This document shows, piece after piece, positions 39,504-49,413 of a DNA stretch of 64,000 nt (the stretch's first letter is position 1; each line of letters begins with the position of its first letter). A program made the position numbers and the translations under genes. The stretch covers positions 2,586-66,585 of the forward strand of contig CAVHOL010000004.1 of assembly GCA_963637655.1 (NCBI GenBank). The letters are read 5' to 3'. The DNA is from a bacterium (GTDB taxonomy: Bacteria; Bacteroidota; Bacteroidia; Bacteroidales; Bacteroidaceae). The notes beneath the pieces were generated by a model. That model was not told the DNA's origin. It was given only the letters and a program-made list of their open reading frames with translations, and searched no databases.

Positions 39504-40023
39504 TTTGTCTGAGATATTTGGTGAGTTTTTCCTTGCCGCGGAAGAGATGGGATTTCACTGTACCCGTGGCCTTGCCGGTGATCTTGGAGATGTCTTCGAT
39601 AGAATATCCGTCGATCAGCTGCAGTGTGATGCAGGTTCGCTCGTTGTCTCCGAGCCGGCGAAGGGCATCGTACACATCCATGCTGAGTGTGTCGGTGCTG
39701 CGGGTAGCCGTACCGCTGTCTACCTTGGCCGTAATGTCTGCAGTGGGATGCTTGCGCCGGTTGTAGTCGTAGAGTACGTTGTAGGCGATACGGTAGAGCC
39801 AGGTAGAGAAGGCCGAAAGGCCACGGAACTGTGTGATATTGGTATATGCCTTGATGAAAGTGTCCTGCGCAAGGTCGTCGCTGAGCTGCTCGTCGCCCAG
39901 GGTCTGGTTGAGAAAGAAACGCCGTATGGGTGACTGGTATTTCACAACCAGACGGTCGAATGCCCGCCGGTTGTGAAATACAGCCACCTGAGTGACGAGA
40001 GAAATATCTTTGAGGTCTTTCAC
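39490..40023 (-). CDS. ECF-type RNA polymerase sigma-70 family factor
   Basis: 177 aa with region 2 (DDLAQDTFIKAY ... STWLYRIAYNVLYDYNRR) and region 4 (ITLQLIDGYSIEDISKITGKATGTVKSHLFRGKEKL). Confidence 0.9.
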   Translation of the reverse strand: MKDLKDISLVTQVAVFHNRRAFDRLVVKYQSPIRRFFLNQTLGDEQLSDDLAQDTFIKAYTNITQFRGLSAFSTWLYRIAYNVLYDYNRRKHPTADITAKVDSGTATRSTDTLSMDVYDALRRLGDNERTCITLQLIDGYSIEDISKITGKATGTVKSHLFRGKEKLTKYLRQNGYE

Positions 40024-40044
40024 GCCGTATTCCTTCCCGGTATA

Positions 40045-40815
40045 TTACTGTTGTGCAGACGTGTCGTTGTCGGCATCATGGTCTTTCTTTCCGCTGCCTT
40101 TCTTGTGCGACGTCATGCCGATGAGTACATATCCGGCACCCAGACAGGCAATGAACATGCCGCAGCCTGCCAGTCCGCGGCTTTGCCAAAATATGGCAGC
40201 CATGGTCAGACCCACTCCGACGGTAATGAACCTGACGCCCTTGCGCCACGTCTCCTCATCGGTGATATTCTTCTGCTGCATGTGCCATGTCGGCTTGGGT
40301 TGGGGCGACACGCGCTCTTCTGCGCCCGCGCTGCCTTGCTCCTGTGCTGCATCCGCACTTTGCGAGGCGGCACCTGCGCGGAAATAGGCTTCGCGCTCCA
40401 TGGTCACCTTGTCGTTGTGCCGTCTGATGAGGTAGCGCAGGATGAGAACGAGCAGGATGACGGGCAGAAGAAGGATGATCAGGATAATGGCCATGATGAA
40501 GAGGGCTAGCATGATGCCGCCTACGCCGAGTCCCCACAGCGTACCGAAATAGGAAATAGGATTGGGGTACTGCGCCGGGTCAAACTGTTGGCCGTTGATC
40601 GTGATTTGCGGTACATTGTCGCTGTCGTTGTCCTCCCAGCCGTCATCGCTACCGAGATCGGCGGCCGTGGTATCAGATACGGCTTCGACACTACCATTGA
40701 CACCGGTAGAATCTACCTTTACTGAGATATTGGCCTTGTGGCGTTGATGCGGTGCCGCATTGCCGGAGACGCCCAATGCGAGAGCAAGCAAGAGAATGTA
40801 GAGTGTACGTTTCAT
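40045..40815 (-). CDS. hypothetical membrane protein (first gene of the ECF sigma cluster)
   Basis: The track ORF was trimmed to MKRTLYILLLALALGVSG (signal-like). It has a central TM and C-terminal TM pair and no domain I recognise. Confidence 0.55.
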   Translation of the reverse strand: MKRTLYILLLALALGVSGNAAPHQRHKANISVKVDSTGVNGSVEAVSDTTAADLGSDDGWEDNDSDNVPQITINGQQFDPAQYPNPISYFGTLWGLGVGGIMLALFIMAIILIILLLPVILLVLILRYLIRRHNDKVTMEREAYFRAGAASQSADAAQEQGSAGAEERVSPQPKPTWHMQQKNITDEETWRKGVRFITVGVGLTMAAIFWQSRGLAGCGMFIACLGAGYVLIGMTSHKKGSGKKDHDADNDTSAQQ

Positions 40816-41001
40816 ATCTTTGTTTTGTTTTTCTGTACTTTTGACGCACGTTGCCGTGTCACGGTTGCAAAGTAACGCATTTTTTCGGAAATTTCTCCTG
40901 CACGGACAATCTATACGACGCATTCTACAGCCACGCCCGCAGACATTGTCGGCAAAACAAAGTTTTTATAAAGGTGGATATGGAAAACAAAAAAAAATGA
41001 G

Positions 41002-41009
41002 TAAGTTTG
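41002..41009 (+). promoter_or_regulatory. candidate -7 box TAAGTTTG for murF-alr
   Basis: Matches TAnnTTTG, about 60 nt upstream of the ATG at 41069. Confidence 0.4.
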
Positions 41010-41068
41010 CATCATAAAAATGTAACCAGCGCGGAGATTTCTTCACGCACCCATAGAAATATAGTAAG

Positions 41069-43543
41069 ATGACTTATACGATCGAGAAGATAACAACACT
41101 GATTGGTGCTCATCGTTTTGGCAACACAGATGCCAACATCGGATTTTTGCTGACCGACAGCCGTTCGCTGTGCTTTCCTGAAGAAACCCTGTTCTTCGCC
41201 CTCCGATCGGGGCGCAACGACGGCCACCACTATATACACGACCTGTATCGCCGCGGTGTACACAACTTTGTGGTAGACACCCTGCCGGAAGACTATGCCA
41301 CGGCTTACCCTGAAGCCAACTTCCTGCGGGTGAAGAGCCCGCTGGTAGCCCTGCAGCGCCTGGCCGAACGCCACCGCGACGAGTTCGACATTCCCATCGT
41401 GGGCATCACGGGCAGCAACGGCAAGACGATGGTCAAGGAGTGGCTCTACCAACTGCTCTCTCCGCAAATGGTCGTCACGCGCTCGCCCCGCAGTTACAAC
41501 TCGCAGATAGGCGTACCCTTGTCCGTATGGCTCATGTCCGAGCATACGGAGGTAGGCGTGTTCGAAGCCGGCATCAGCCAGCCCGGCGAGATGCTGGCCC
41601 TGCGCGACATCATACAGCCGACCATCGCCGTCCTCACCAATCTCGGTACGGCCCATCAGGAGAATTTCGCAACGATGGAAGACAAATGCCGCGAGAAACT
41701 CATACTCTTCCACGACGCCAAGACCATCGTATTCTGTGCCGACGACGAACCGGTAGCCTCCATCGTCGGCGAAAGCGGCTATCAGGGCGAGATATTGTCG
41801 TGGTCATGCCGCGACACATCGGCCGCTTTCTATGTGAAGTCCATAGAGAAAGCGGAAAACGCCTCCACCATACATTATATATATAAAGGAGAAACGGGAG
41901 AATACACCCTTCCGTTCATCGACGACGCCTCGGTACGCAACTCCATCACCTGTGCCGCGGTCGCCCTACGGATCGGCGTGTCCATGGCCGACCTGTCGGC
42001 CCGCATGGCGCATCTCGAACCTGTCGCCATGCGGCTTGAGGTAAAGGAAGGACAGCATGGATGCACCCTCATCAATGACTCCTACAATTCCGACATCAAC
42101 TCGCTCGACATCGCCCTCGACTTCATGAGCCGCCGCCCCGACCACAAGGGACGCAAGCGCACGCTCATCCTGAGCGACATCTGCCAGAGCGGCGAAAGCG
42201 CAGACCGTCTCTACGCTGAAGTGTCTTCCCTAGCCGTAAAGCGCGGCGTAGAGAAATTTATCGGTATCGGCCCGCAACTCGTTGCCGAATCCGAGAAAAT
42301 AGAGATCGTCGAGAAACATTTCTTCGCCGACTGCGCCTCGTTCGTCCACAGCGACGTATTCAACAGTCTGCGCGACGAGGTGATTCTCATCAAGGGGGCA
42401 CGCAGTTTCGGCTTTGACAACCTGACCGAACTGCTGGTCAAGAAGGTACACGAGACCACACTGGAGGTCAACCTCGGTGCTCTGGTAGAAAACCTCAACC
42501 ACTACCGCTCGTTCATGCACCCCGAAACCAAGCTCGTATGCATGATCAAGGCCGATGCCTATGGCGCTGGAGCCGTCGAGGTAGCCAAGACACTGCAAGA
42601 CCACCGCGTAGACTATCTCGCCGTGGCCGTAGCCGACGAGGGTGTGACCCTGCGCAAGAACGGCATCACGGCCAACATCATGGTGATGAACCCCGAGATG
42701 ACGGCCTTCAAGACTCTGTTCGACTACGACCTTGAGCCTGAGGTGTACAGTTTCCGTCTGCTCGACGCCCTCATACGCGAAGCAGAGAAGCAGGGCATCA
42801 CCAATTTCCCGGTACATATCAAGCTCGATACGGGCATGCACCGGCTGGGATTCAATCCCAAGACCGACCTCGACGAACTGATCCGGCGTCTGCACAACCA
42901 AAGTTCGGTGATTCCACGATCGGTGTTCTCCCACTTTGTAGGCAGCGACTCCGACAGTTTCGACGGCTTCTCCAGCCAGCAGTTCGCCCTCTTCGACGAG
43001 AGCAGCAAACGGTTGCAGGCCGCCTTCCCCCACAAGATTCTGCGCCATATCGACAACTCCGCAGGCATAGAGCACTTCCCCATGCGACAACTCGACATGT
43101 GCCGCCTCGGTCTGGGACTGTACGGCATCAACCCACGCAACAACGCCATCCTCAGCAACGTGTGTACACTGCGCACCACCATCTTGCAGAAACGCAACGT
43201 GCCGGCGGGCGAGACCGTAGGCTACAGCCGCAAGGGAGCCATCGACCACGACAGTGTCATCGCCGCCATACCTATTGGCTATGCCGATGGTCTCAACCGG
43301 CATCTGGGCAACCGCCGCTGCCACTGTCTCGTCAATGGCCAGCCCGCTGACTATGTGGGCAACATCTGCATGGACGTAGCCATGATCGACGTCACCGGCA
43401 TAGACTGTCAGGAAGGCGACAGCGTGGAAATTTTCGGCGACCATCTGCCCGTCACCGTCCTCTCCGATGCGCTCGACACGATCCCCTACGAGGTGCTTAC
43501 CGGCATCAGCGGACGCGTGCGCCGCGTCTATTTCCAAGATTAG
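41069..43543 (+). CDS. bifunctional UDP-N-acetylmuramoyl-tripeptide--D-alanyl-D-alanine ligase / alanine racemase
   Basis: 824 aa. The N-terminal half is MurF-like (VGITGSNGKT) and the C-terminal half is Alr-like (MIKADAYGAGA with the PLP lysine, ...YSRKG...). The two halves form one continuous ORF. Confidence 0.92.
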   Translation: MTYTIEKITTLIGAHRFGNTDANIGFLLTDSRSLCFPEETLFFALRSGRNDGHHYIHDLYRRGVHNFVVDTLPEDYATAYPEANFLRVKSPLVALQRLAERHRDEFDIPIVGITGSNGKTMVKEWLYQLLSPQMVVTRSPRSYNSQIGVPLSVWLMSEHTEVGVFEAGISQPGEMLALRDIIQPTIAVLTNLGTAHQENFATMEDKCREKLILFHDAKTIVFCADDEPVASIVGESGYQGEILSWSCRDTSAAFYVKSIEKAENASTIHYIYKGETGEYTLPFIDDASVRNSITCAAVALRIGVSMADLSARMAHLEPVAMRLEVKEGQHGCTLINDSYNSDINSLDIALDFMSRRPDHKGRKRTLILSDICQSGESADRLYAEVSSLAVKRGVEKFIGIGPQLVAESEKIEIVEKHFFADCASFVHSDVFNSLRDEVILIKGARSFGFDNLTELLVKKVHETTLEVNLGALVENLNHYRSFMHPETKLVCMIKADAYGAGAVEVAKTLQDHRVDYLAVAVADEGVTLRKNGITANIMVMNPEMTAFKTLFDYDLEPEVYSFRLLDALIREAEKQGITNFPVHIKLDTGMHRLGFNPKTDLDELIRRLHNQSSVIPRSVFSHFVGSDSDSFDGFSSQQFALFDESSKRLQAAFPHKILRHIDNSAGIEHFPMRQLDMCRLGLGLYGINPRNNAILSNVCTLRTTILQKRNVPAGETVGYSRKGAIDHDSVIAAIPIGYADGLNRHLGNRRCHCLVNGQPADYVGNICMDVAMIDVTGIDCQEGDSVEIFGDHLPVTVLSDALDTIPYEVLTGISGRVRRVYFQD

Positions 43544-43713
43544 GATGATGGAGATTCTATAAGAGAACACTACAAAGAATAGGTATATTTCACATTTATC
43601 ATTGCGGTATTCCGAATTTTTTCAATAATTTTGCAGCCGGTTATACTGTATATAAGGCCGTTGTATCCACCTTCGGCCTTATCATTTTTTATTTACACAC
43701 AACGGATTCAAGA

Positions 43714-45018
43714 ATGAGAAAAGCCATAGCAACCGTCCTGATGGCCATCGTATCGGCGGTTTCCTTCGCGCAAAGCGGCACCAACTCCCCCTACAGCCAA
43801 TACGGACTGGGCGTACTCAGCGACCAGACAAGCGCTCCCTACAAAGGCATGAACGGGTTGGCCCTGGGATTCCACGACCACAACCAGATCAACTATCTCA
43901 ACCCCGCATCGTACGCCTCGCTGGACTCGCTGACATTCATCTTTGACATCGGCGCTTCCGGACAGTTCACCAACTATCAGGAAGGCAGCAAGAAGATAAA
44001 TGCGAAAAACGCCAATTTCGAATATGCCATAGCAGGATTCAGACTGGTCAAGAACCTCGGACTGAGCTTCGGCGTCATACCCTACACCAACACCGGCTAT
44101 TCCTACTCCACCACTGAGCGCATCGGCGACAGTCCCAACGGCCTGTCATCGACTTCATACACCAACACCTACTCCGGTTCGGGCGGCCTTCACCAGGCCT
44201 ATATCGGACTGGGATGGAGTCCGTTCAAGGGACTGGCCATCGGTGTAAACGCATCCTACCTGTGGGGCAGCTACCAGCGGTCGATCGTCAATGCCTACAC
44301 CGACAACTACGTCAGCACCGTATCCAAATACTACTACGCCGATGCCAGCAGCTACAAGCTGGACTTCGGTGTGCAGTACAGCGCCAAACTGTCAAAGAAA
44401 GACGAGGTGACCATCGGTGTCACCTACGGACTCGGCCACAAGCTCGGGGCGGATCCGAGATGCGTCGTTGCCGCCGTCAACAAGCAGACCGGCGTACGCG
44501 ACTCCACCGAGTTTATTGCCCGCAACGCACTTGAGATACCCAACACATATGGCGTGGGTTTCGCATGGAACCACGACAACAAGTGGCGCTTCGGTGCAGA
44601 CTACTCGCTGCAGACTTGGTCGTCGGTGAAATATCCCGTCTACACCACTTCCGGCAACAACGCCGAGTACAAGGCCGTGAGCAACATGTTTGCCGACCGC
44701 CACAAAGTCACCGTGGGCGGAGAGTACTGCAACAACGAGAGATCACGCCGCTTTCTGAAGCGCATCCGCTACCGTATCGGAGCGTCCTACGCGACTCCCT
44801 ACCTGAAGATCAACGGACAAGACGGCCCCAAGGAGTACAGTGTCAGCGCCGGTTTCGGTTTTCCCATCATCAACTCCTACAACAACCGCTCCATACTCAA
44901 CATCTCCGCACAGTGGGTACGGCAGGACTCAAAGATGTTTATCACCGAAAACTCGTTCCGCATCAACATCGGCCTGACCTTCAACGAGCGGTGGTTTGCC
45001 AAATGGAAACTGGAATAA
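43714..45018 (+). CDS. putative outer-membrane beta-barrel protein (porin/FadL-like)
   Basis: 434 aa with a signal peptide, N-terminal SPYSQYGLGVL, aromatic-rich alternating strands and C-terminal ...WFAKWKLE. Confidence 0.65.
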   Translation: MRKAIATVLMAIVSAVSFAQSGTNSPYSQYGLGVLSDQTSAPYKGMNGLALGFHDHNQINYLNPASYASLDSLTFIFDIGASGQFTNYQEGSKKINAKNANFEYAIAGFRLVKNLGLSFGVIPYTNTGYSYSTTERIGDSPNGLSSTSYTNTYSGSGGLHQAYIGLGWSPFKGLAIGVNASYLWGSYQRSIVNAYTDNYVSTVSKYYYADASSYKLDFGVQYSAKLSKKDEVTIGVTYGLGHKLGADPRCVVAAVNKQTGVRDSTEFIARNALEIPNTYGVGFAWNHDNKWRFGADYSLQTWSSVKYPVYTTSGNNAEYKAVSNMFADRHKVTVGGEYCNNERSRRFLKRIRYRIGASYATPYLKINGQDGPKEYSVSAGFGFPIINSYNNRSILNISAQWVRQDSKMFITENSFRINIGLTFNERWFAKWKLE

Positions 45019-45087
45019 GCCCGTTCCAATCCGAGGCAGTGCCACCGGCACTGCCGCAGCAAAAAGGCAGACCCTAAAATCAAAAGC

Positions 45088-45744
45088 GTGAAGTACAGCA
45101 TCCACATACTGGCACTCCTCCTGCTCACCGCACTCATGACCGGCAGCTGTCAGGAGCAGAAAGAACACACCGCACCGGCCATCAGAGAGCGCGACTCCGT
45201 CTCTACGATGACCAGCTACGGTGTCAACACGCTCATTTCCGACTCGGGCGTCATCAAGTACCGCATCGTCACCGAGCGGTGGGAGGTCAACCAAGTACGC
45301 AACCCCTCACGCTGGATATTCGAGAAAGGACTGTTTCTGGAACAGTTCGACGAGAAATTCCATGTCTACTCCTACATCCAGTGCGACACTGCCTTCTACT
45401 ATGACCAGCAGAAGTTGTGGGAACTGCGCGGCAGGGTCAGCATCCTCACAAAAGACGACCTGCGGTTTACCAGCGAGCTGCTGTACTGGGACCAAAACAA
45501 GCACGAGCTCTACTCGTACGTCCACTCCCGTCTCGTCACCCCGGAGCAGACGCTGGAAGGCAACTATTTCAGAAGCGACGAGAACATGACAAGATACACC
45601 GTCTCCTACGCGACCGGATCTTTCGAGAAACAGAACTTCATGGGAGGCGAGAGCGAACCTGCGACAACCGCTCCGGCCGACACCACTCCGCCGGCCATCC
45701 GCCAGCAACCGTTGCCCCGCCGCAAGTCGCCCGCACAACCCTAA
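45088..45744 (+). CDS. lptC: LPS export protein LptC-like lipoprotein
   Basis: 218 aa with a lipobox (LMTGSC) and an LptC-like beta-jellyroll pattern (GVIKYRIVTERWEV...LWELRGRVSILTKDDLRFTSELLYWDQNKHELYS). Confidence 0.75.
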   Translation: MKYSIHILALLLLTALMTGSCQEQKEHTAPAIRERDSVSTMTSYGVNTLISDSGVIKYRIVTERWEVNQVRNPSRWIFEKGLFLEQFDEKFHVYSYIQCDTAFYYDQQKLWELRGRVSILTKDDLRFTSELLYWDQNKHELYSYVHSRLVTPEQTLEGNYFRSDENMTRYTVSYATGSFEKQNFMGGESEPATTAPADTTPPAIRQQPLPRRKSPAQP

Positions 45745-45763
45745 AGAAACACACACATCTATT

Positions 45764-47032
45764 TTGGAAACAGACATACCCCTCTTAGTCGGCATCGCCG
45801 TCACAATGGTACTCTCCGCATTCTTTTCAGGCATGGAGATCGCCTTCGTCGCAAGCAACCGGATGCTTGCAGAAATGGACAAGGAGAAAAGCGGACTTAC
45901 CCAGAAAATCCTTTCTACCTTCTACCGCCACCCCAACGGATTTGTCAGCACCATGCTTGTGGGCAACAATATCGTGCTCGTCATCTACGGCATACTCATC
46001 GCCAGCCTCTTCGACCAGACCATATTCCGCAACATGGACATCGGATGGCGCGTGACCGCCGACACCATCCTCTCTACGCTCATCATTCTTTTCACGGGCG
46101 AGTTTATTCCCAAGACGCTCTTCAAGAACAATGCGAACAGACTGCTCAACATCTTCGCATTGCCCTCCTACCTGTTCTACGTACTGCTTTGGCCCATCAG
46201 CCGCTTCTCCACCTTTCTCTCCAAGGTGCTCCTCCGCACGGTAGGCATCAAGATGTCGGCAGAAAGCGACGATGACGGGTTCTCCAAGGTAGACCTCGAC
46301 TATCTCGTGCAGTCAAGCATCGACAGTGCACAAAACGGCGAAGAGATCAATGAGGAAGTGAAAATTTTCCAAAACGCCCTCGACTTCTCCGACACAAAGG
46401 TGCGCGACTGCATGGTGCCGAGAACCGAAATCAATGCCGTTGACATCAACACCTGCACACTGCAGGCCCTGATGCAGAAATTCATGGAAAGCGGCAACTC
46501 GAAAATCATCGTCTACAAAGACGACATCGACCACATCGTGGGATACATACACAGTTCGGAGATGTTCCGCAACCCGCAGAAATGGCAGGACGGCATCCGC
46601 AAGATGCCGTTCGTCCCCGAAACGATGGCTGCCCAAAAACTCATGCACACCCTGCTTCAGCAGAAAAAGAGCCTCGGCGTGGTCGTCGACGAGTTCGGCG
46701 GCACCAGCGGCATCGTCTCGCTGGAAGACATCGTCGAGGAAATCTTCGGCGACATCGAAGATGAGCACGACAACACCAACTACACCGCCAAGAAGCTCGA
46801 CGACGGACAGTATCTCCTGTCGGCCCGGCTCGAGATAGACAAGGTCAACGACCTCTTCAACCTCGATCTACCCGAAAGCGACGAGTACAAGACCATCGGC
46901 GGATTTATCCTACACGAATACCAGAGTTTCCCGAAACTCAACGAGACGGTCACCATCGGACACTTCGAATTCCAGATTATCAAGAGCAGCATGACCAAAA
47001 TCGAACTCGTCAGACTAAAAGTAACCCCGTGA
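45764..47032 (+). CDS. CNNM/DUF21 - CBS pair - CorC_HlyC transporter-associated protein (hemolysin/GldE-like)
   Basis: 422 aa with an N-terminal four-TM DUF21, CBS region and C-terminal CorC_HlyC-like tail. Confidence 0.85.
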   Translation: METDIPLLVGIAVTMVLSAFFSGMEIAFVASNRMLAEMDKEKSGLTQKILSTFYRHPNGFVSTMLVGNNIVLVIYGILIASLFDQTIFRNMDIGWRVTADTILSTLIILFTGEFIPKTLFKNNANRLLNIFALPSYLFYVLLWPISRFSTFLSKVLLRTVGIKMSAESDDDGFSKVDLDYLVQSSIDSAQNGEEINEEVKIFQNALDFSDTKVRDCMVPRTEINAVDINTCTLQALMQKFMESGNSKIIVYKDDIDHIVGYIHSSEMFRNPQKWQDGIRKMPFVPETMAAQKLMHTLLQQKKSLGVVVDEFGGTSGIVSLEDIVEEIFGDIEDEHDNTNYTAKKLDDGQYLLSARLEIDKVNDLFNLDLPESDEYKTIGGFILHEYQSFPKLNETVTIGHFEFQIIKSSMTKIELVRLKVTP

Positions 47033-47077
47033 ACGCAAATTTGCAGATAAACATACGCATATTTGCCGATAAATTAG

Positions 47078-47085
47078 TATTTTTG
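47078..47085 (+). promoter_or_regulatory. candidate -7 box TATTTTTG for the ppiD-like gene
   Basis: Matches TAnnTTTG, about 55 nt upstream of the ATG at 47142. Confidence 0.4.
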
Positions 47086-47141
47086 TACGCATTTTGCAAA
47101 AGCTCTACTTGGAAACAAAAATAATAATACAATAAACAATA

Positions 47142-49286
47142 ATGGCAGCATTAGGAAAAATCAGAAGCAAAGGCGTCACGCTGATATGCATTATCGGTCT
47201 GGGTCTTTTTGCATTCATCGCTGAGGAAGGCTTCCGCTCGTGCGAGTCCGCACAGAACAGCAAAAGCCAACAAGTCGGCGAGGTGTTGGGCAACAAAATC
47301 GACATCCAGGAATTCCAGAAACTCGTAGACGAGTACACGGAAGTCATCAAGATGCAGCAAGGCCAGGAAAACCTCAACGACGAGCAGCTCACACAAGTAA
47401 AGGACATGGTGTGGAACACCTACGTACAGTCCAAAATCATCGAAGACGAAACCAAGAAGCTCGGTCTCACCGTCACTGACCAGGAGCTGCAGAACATTCT
47501 GCAGCAGGGCACCAACCCCATGCTGATGCAGACCCCGTTCGTCAACCAGCAGACAGGCCGTTTCGATGTGAATATCCTCAAAAAATTCCTCGCCGAGTAC
47601 AAGACCCAGCAGACCGCCAATCCCCAGGCTGCCAAGCAGTACGAGACCATCTACAGATATTGGAACTTCCTTGAGAAGAGCCTCCGCCAGCAGTTGCTCG
47701 TACAGAAATACCAGAGCCTGTTCGCACACTGTCTGATCTCCAACAAGGTGGAAGCCAAGATGGCCTACAAGAACGCCAACGAGGAGAGCCAGATCGAACT
47801 GGCCGCCCTGCCCTACTCGTCGATCGCCGACAACAAGGTGGAGATCAGCGAGTCTGACATGAAGGCCAAGTACAACGAGCTCAAGCCCCGCTTCAAGCAG
47901 TACGTCGAGACACGCGACATCAAGTACGTAGACGTAGAGGTGACTCCTTCGGCAGCCGACCACGAGGCACTGATGACGGAATTTGGCGGCTACGCCAAGG
48001 ATCTCGCAGCAGCAAGCGACCCGTCTGACGTCGTACGCAAGAGCACTTCGCTCGTTTCCTACCTCGGTGTTCCCGTATCCAAGGATGCCTTCCCGCAAGA
48101 CATCGCACAGCGTCTTGACTCCATGGCCGTAGGTTCGACCAGCGGCATCATCGAGAGCAAGTTCGACAACACGCTCAATCTCATCCGCCTCATCTCCAAG
48201 CAGCAGCTGCCCGACTCTATCGAGTACCGCATGATACAGGTAGGCGGCACCGATGCAGCCGACGCCCACAAGCGCGCCGACTCCATCTACACTGCTCTCA
48301 AGGGCGGCGCAGACTTCGAGGCCATCGCCAAGCAGTACGGACAGACCGGCACCAAGACATGGATGACCACCCGCCAGTACCAGAGCGCTCCCTCCATGGA
48401 CAAAGATACCAAGAACTATATCACCACGCTCAATACCTCGGCCGTCAACGAGCTGACCAACCTCACGCTTGCACAGGGCAACATCATCCTTCAGGTGACC
48501 GACCGCAAGGCCATGACCGACAAGTATGTTGCAGCCGTCATCAAGAAGTCTGTCACCTTCTCGCGCGACACCTACTCGGCTGCCTACAACAAGTTCAGCG
48601 CATTTGTCAGCGCCAACCAGACTCCCGAGTCCATCATCAAGAATGCACAGAAGAACGGATATACCGTACAGGAGCGCAAGGACATCACTACCTCCGAGCA
48701 CTACCTCGCCGGCATCCGCAGCACACGCGACGCTCTGAAATGGACCTTCGATGCAAAGAAGAACACCATCTCTCCGCTCTACGAGTGCGGCGAGAACAGC
48801 AACCACCTGCTCGTAGTCGTACTTGAGGACATCCACCCCATCGGCTATCGTTCGCTCGACGATGCCCAGGTGAAGGAATATGTCAAGGCTGAGGTACTGA
48901 AAGACAAGAAGGCCGAGCAGCTCATCGCCAAGCTCAACGGTGTCAAGAGCATCTCCGCCGCCAAGGGCAAGGGTGCCAAGGTGACCACCGTCAACCAGAT
49001 CACCTTCGACTCTCCTGTATTCGTAGCCACAACCGGTGCCAGCGAGCCTGCACTTAGCGGTGCTGTAGCAGCAGTAGCCAAGGGCAAGTTCTCTCCTGCT
49101 CCCGTGAAGGGCAACGCCGCAGTATACATATTCCAGGTGACCAACAAGAGCATGCGTCCCGGCAAGTACGACGAGAGCGCCATGATGCAGCAGCTCCGTC
49201 AGAAGCAACTGCAGATGGCAAGCAACTTCACCCAGGAGCTCTACATCAAGGCCAAGGTCGTAGACCACCGCTACCTCTTCTTCTAA
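47142..49286 (+). CDS. PpiD/SurA-like periplasmic chaperone / peptidyl-prolyl isomerase
   Basis: 714 aa with an N-terminal membrane anchor (VTLICIIGLGLFAFIA) and a long SurA_N-like helical region, matching the Bacteroidetes PpiD architecture. Confidence 0.82.
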   Translation: MAALGKIRSKGVTLICIIGLGLFAFIAEEGFRSCESAQNSKSQQVGEVLGNKIDIQEFQKLVDEYTEVIKMQQGQENLNDEQLTQVKDMVWNTYVQSKIIEDETKKLGLTVTDQELQNILQQGTNPMLMQTPFVNQQTGRFDVNILKKFLAEYKTQQTANPQAAKQYETIYRYWNFLEKSLRQQLLVQKYQSLFAHCLISNKVEAKMAYKNANEESQIELAALPYSSIADNKVEISESDMKAKYNELKPRFKQYVETRDIKYVDVEVTPSAADHEALMTEFGGYAKDLAAASDPSDVVRKSTSLVSYLGVPVSKDAFPQDIAQRLDSMAVGSTSGIIESKFDNTLNLIRLISKQQLPDSIEYRMIQVGGTDAADAHKRADSIYTALKGGADFEAIAKQYGQTGTKTWMTTRQYQSAPSMDKDTKNYITTLNTSAVNELTNLTLAQGNIILQVTDRKAMTDKYVAAVIKKSVTFSRDTYSAAYNKFSAFVSANQTPESIIKNAQKNGYTVQERKDITTSEHYLAGIRSTRDALKWTFDAKKNTISPLYECGENSNHLLVVVLEDIHPIGYRSLDDAQVKEYVKAEVLKDKKAEQLIAKLNGVKSISAAKGKGAKVTTVNQITFDSPVFVATTGASEPALSGAVAAVAKGKFSPAPVKGNAAVYIFQVTNKSMRPGKYDESAMMQQLRQKQLQMASNFTQELYIKAKVVDHRYLFF

Positions 49287-49320
49287 GAAGCGCACAGAAC
49301 ACCATCCATCATCATAATGT

Positions 49321-49353
49321 ATCCCCGGAGCGCAACCGCTTCGGGGATTTTTC
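49321..49353 (+). terminator. rho-independent terminator after the ppiD-like gene
   Basis: Stem atccccg / cggggat followed by TTTTT. Confidence 0.6.
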
Positions 49354-49413
49354 TTTCCGCACGGTGAATCTACATATACACGAGCACTGACAAAATTCCA
49401 CAAACCGACCCTT

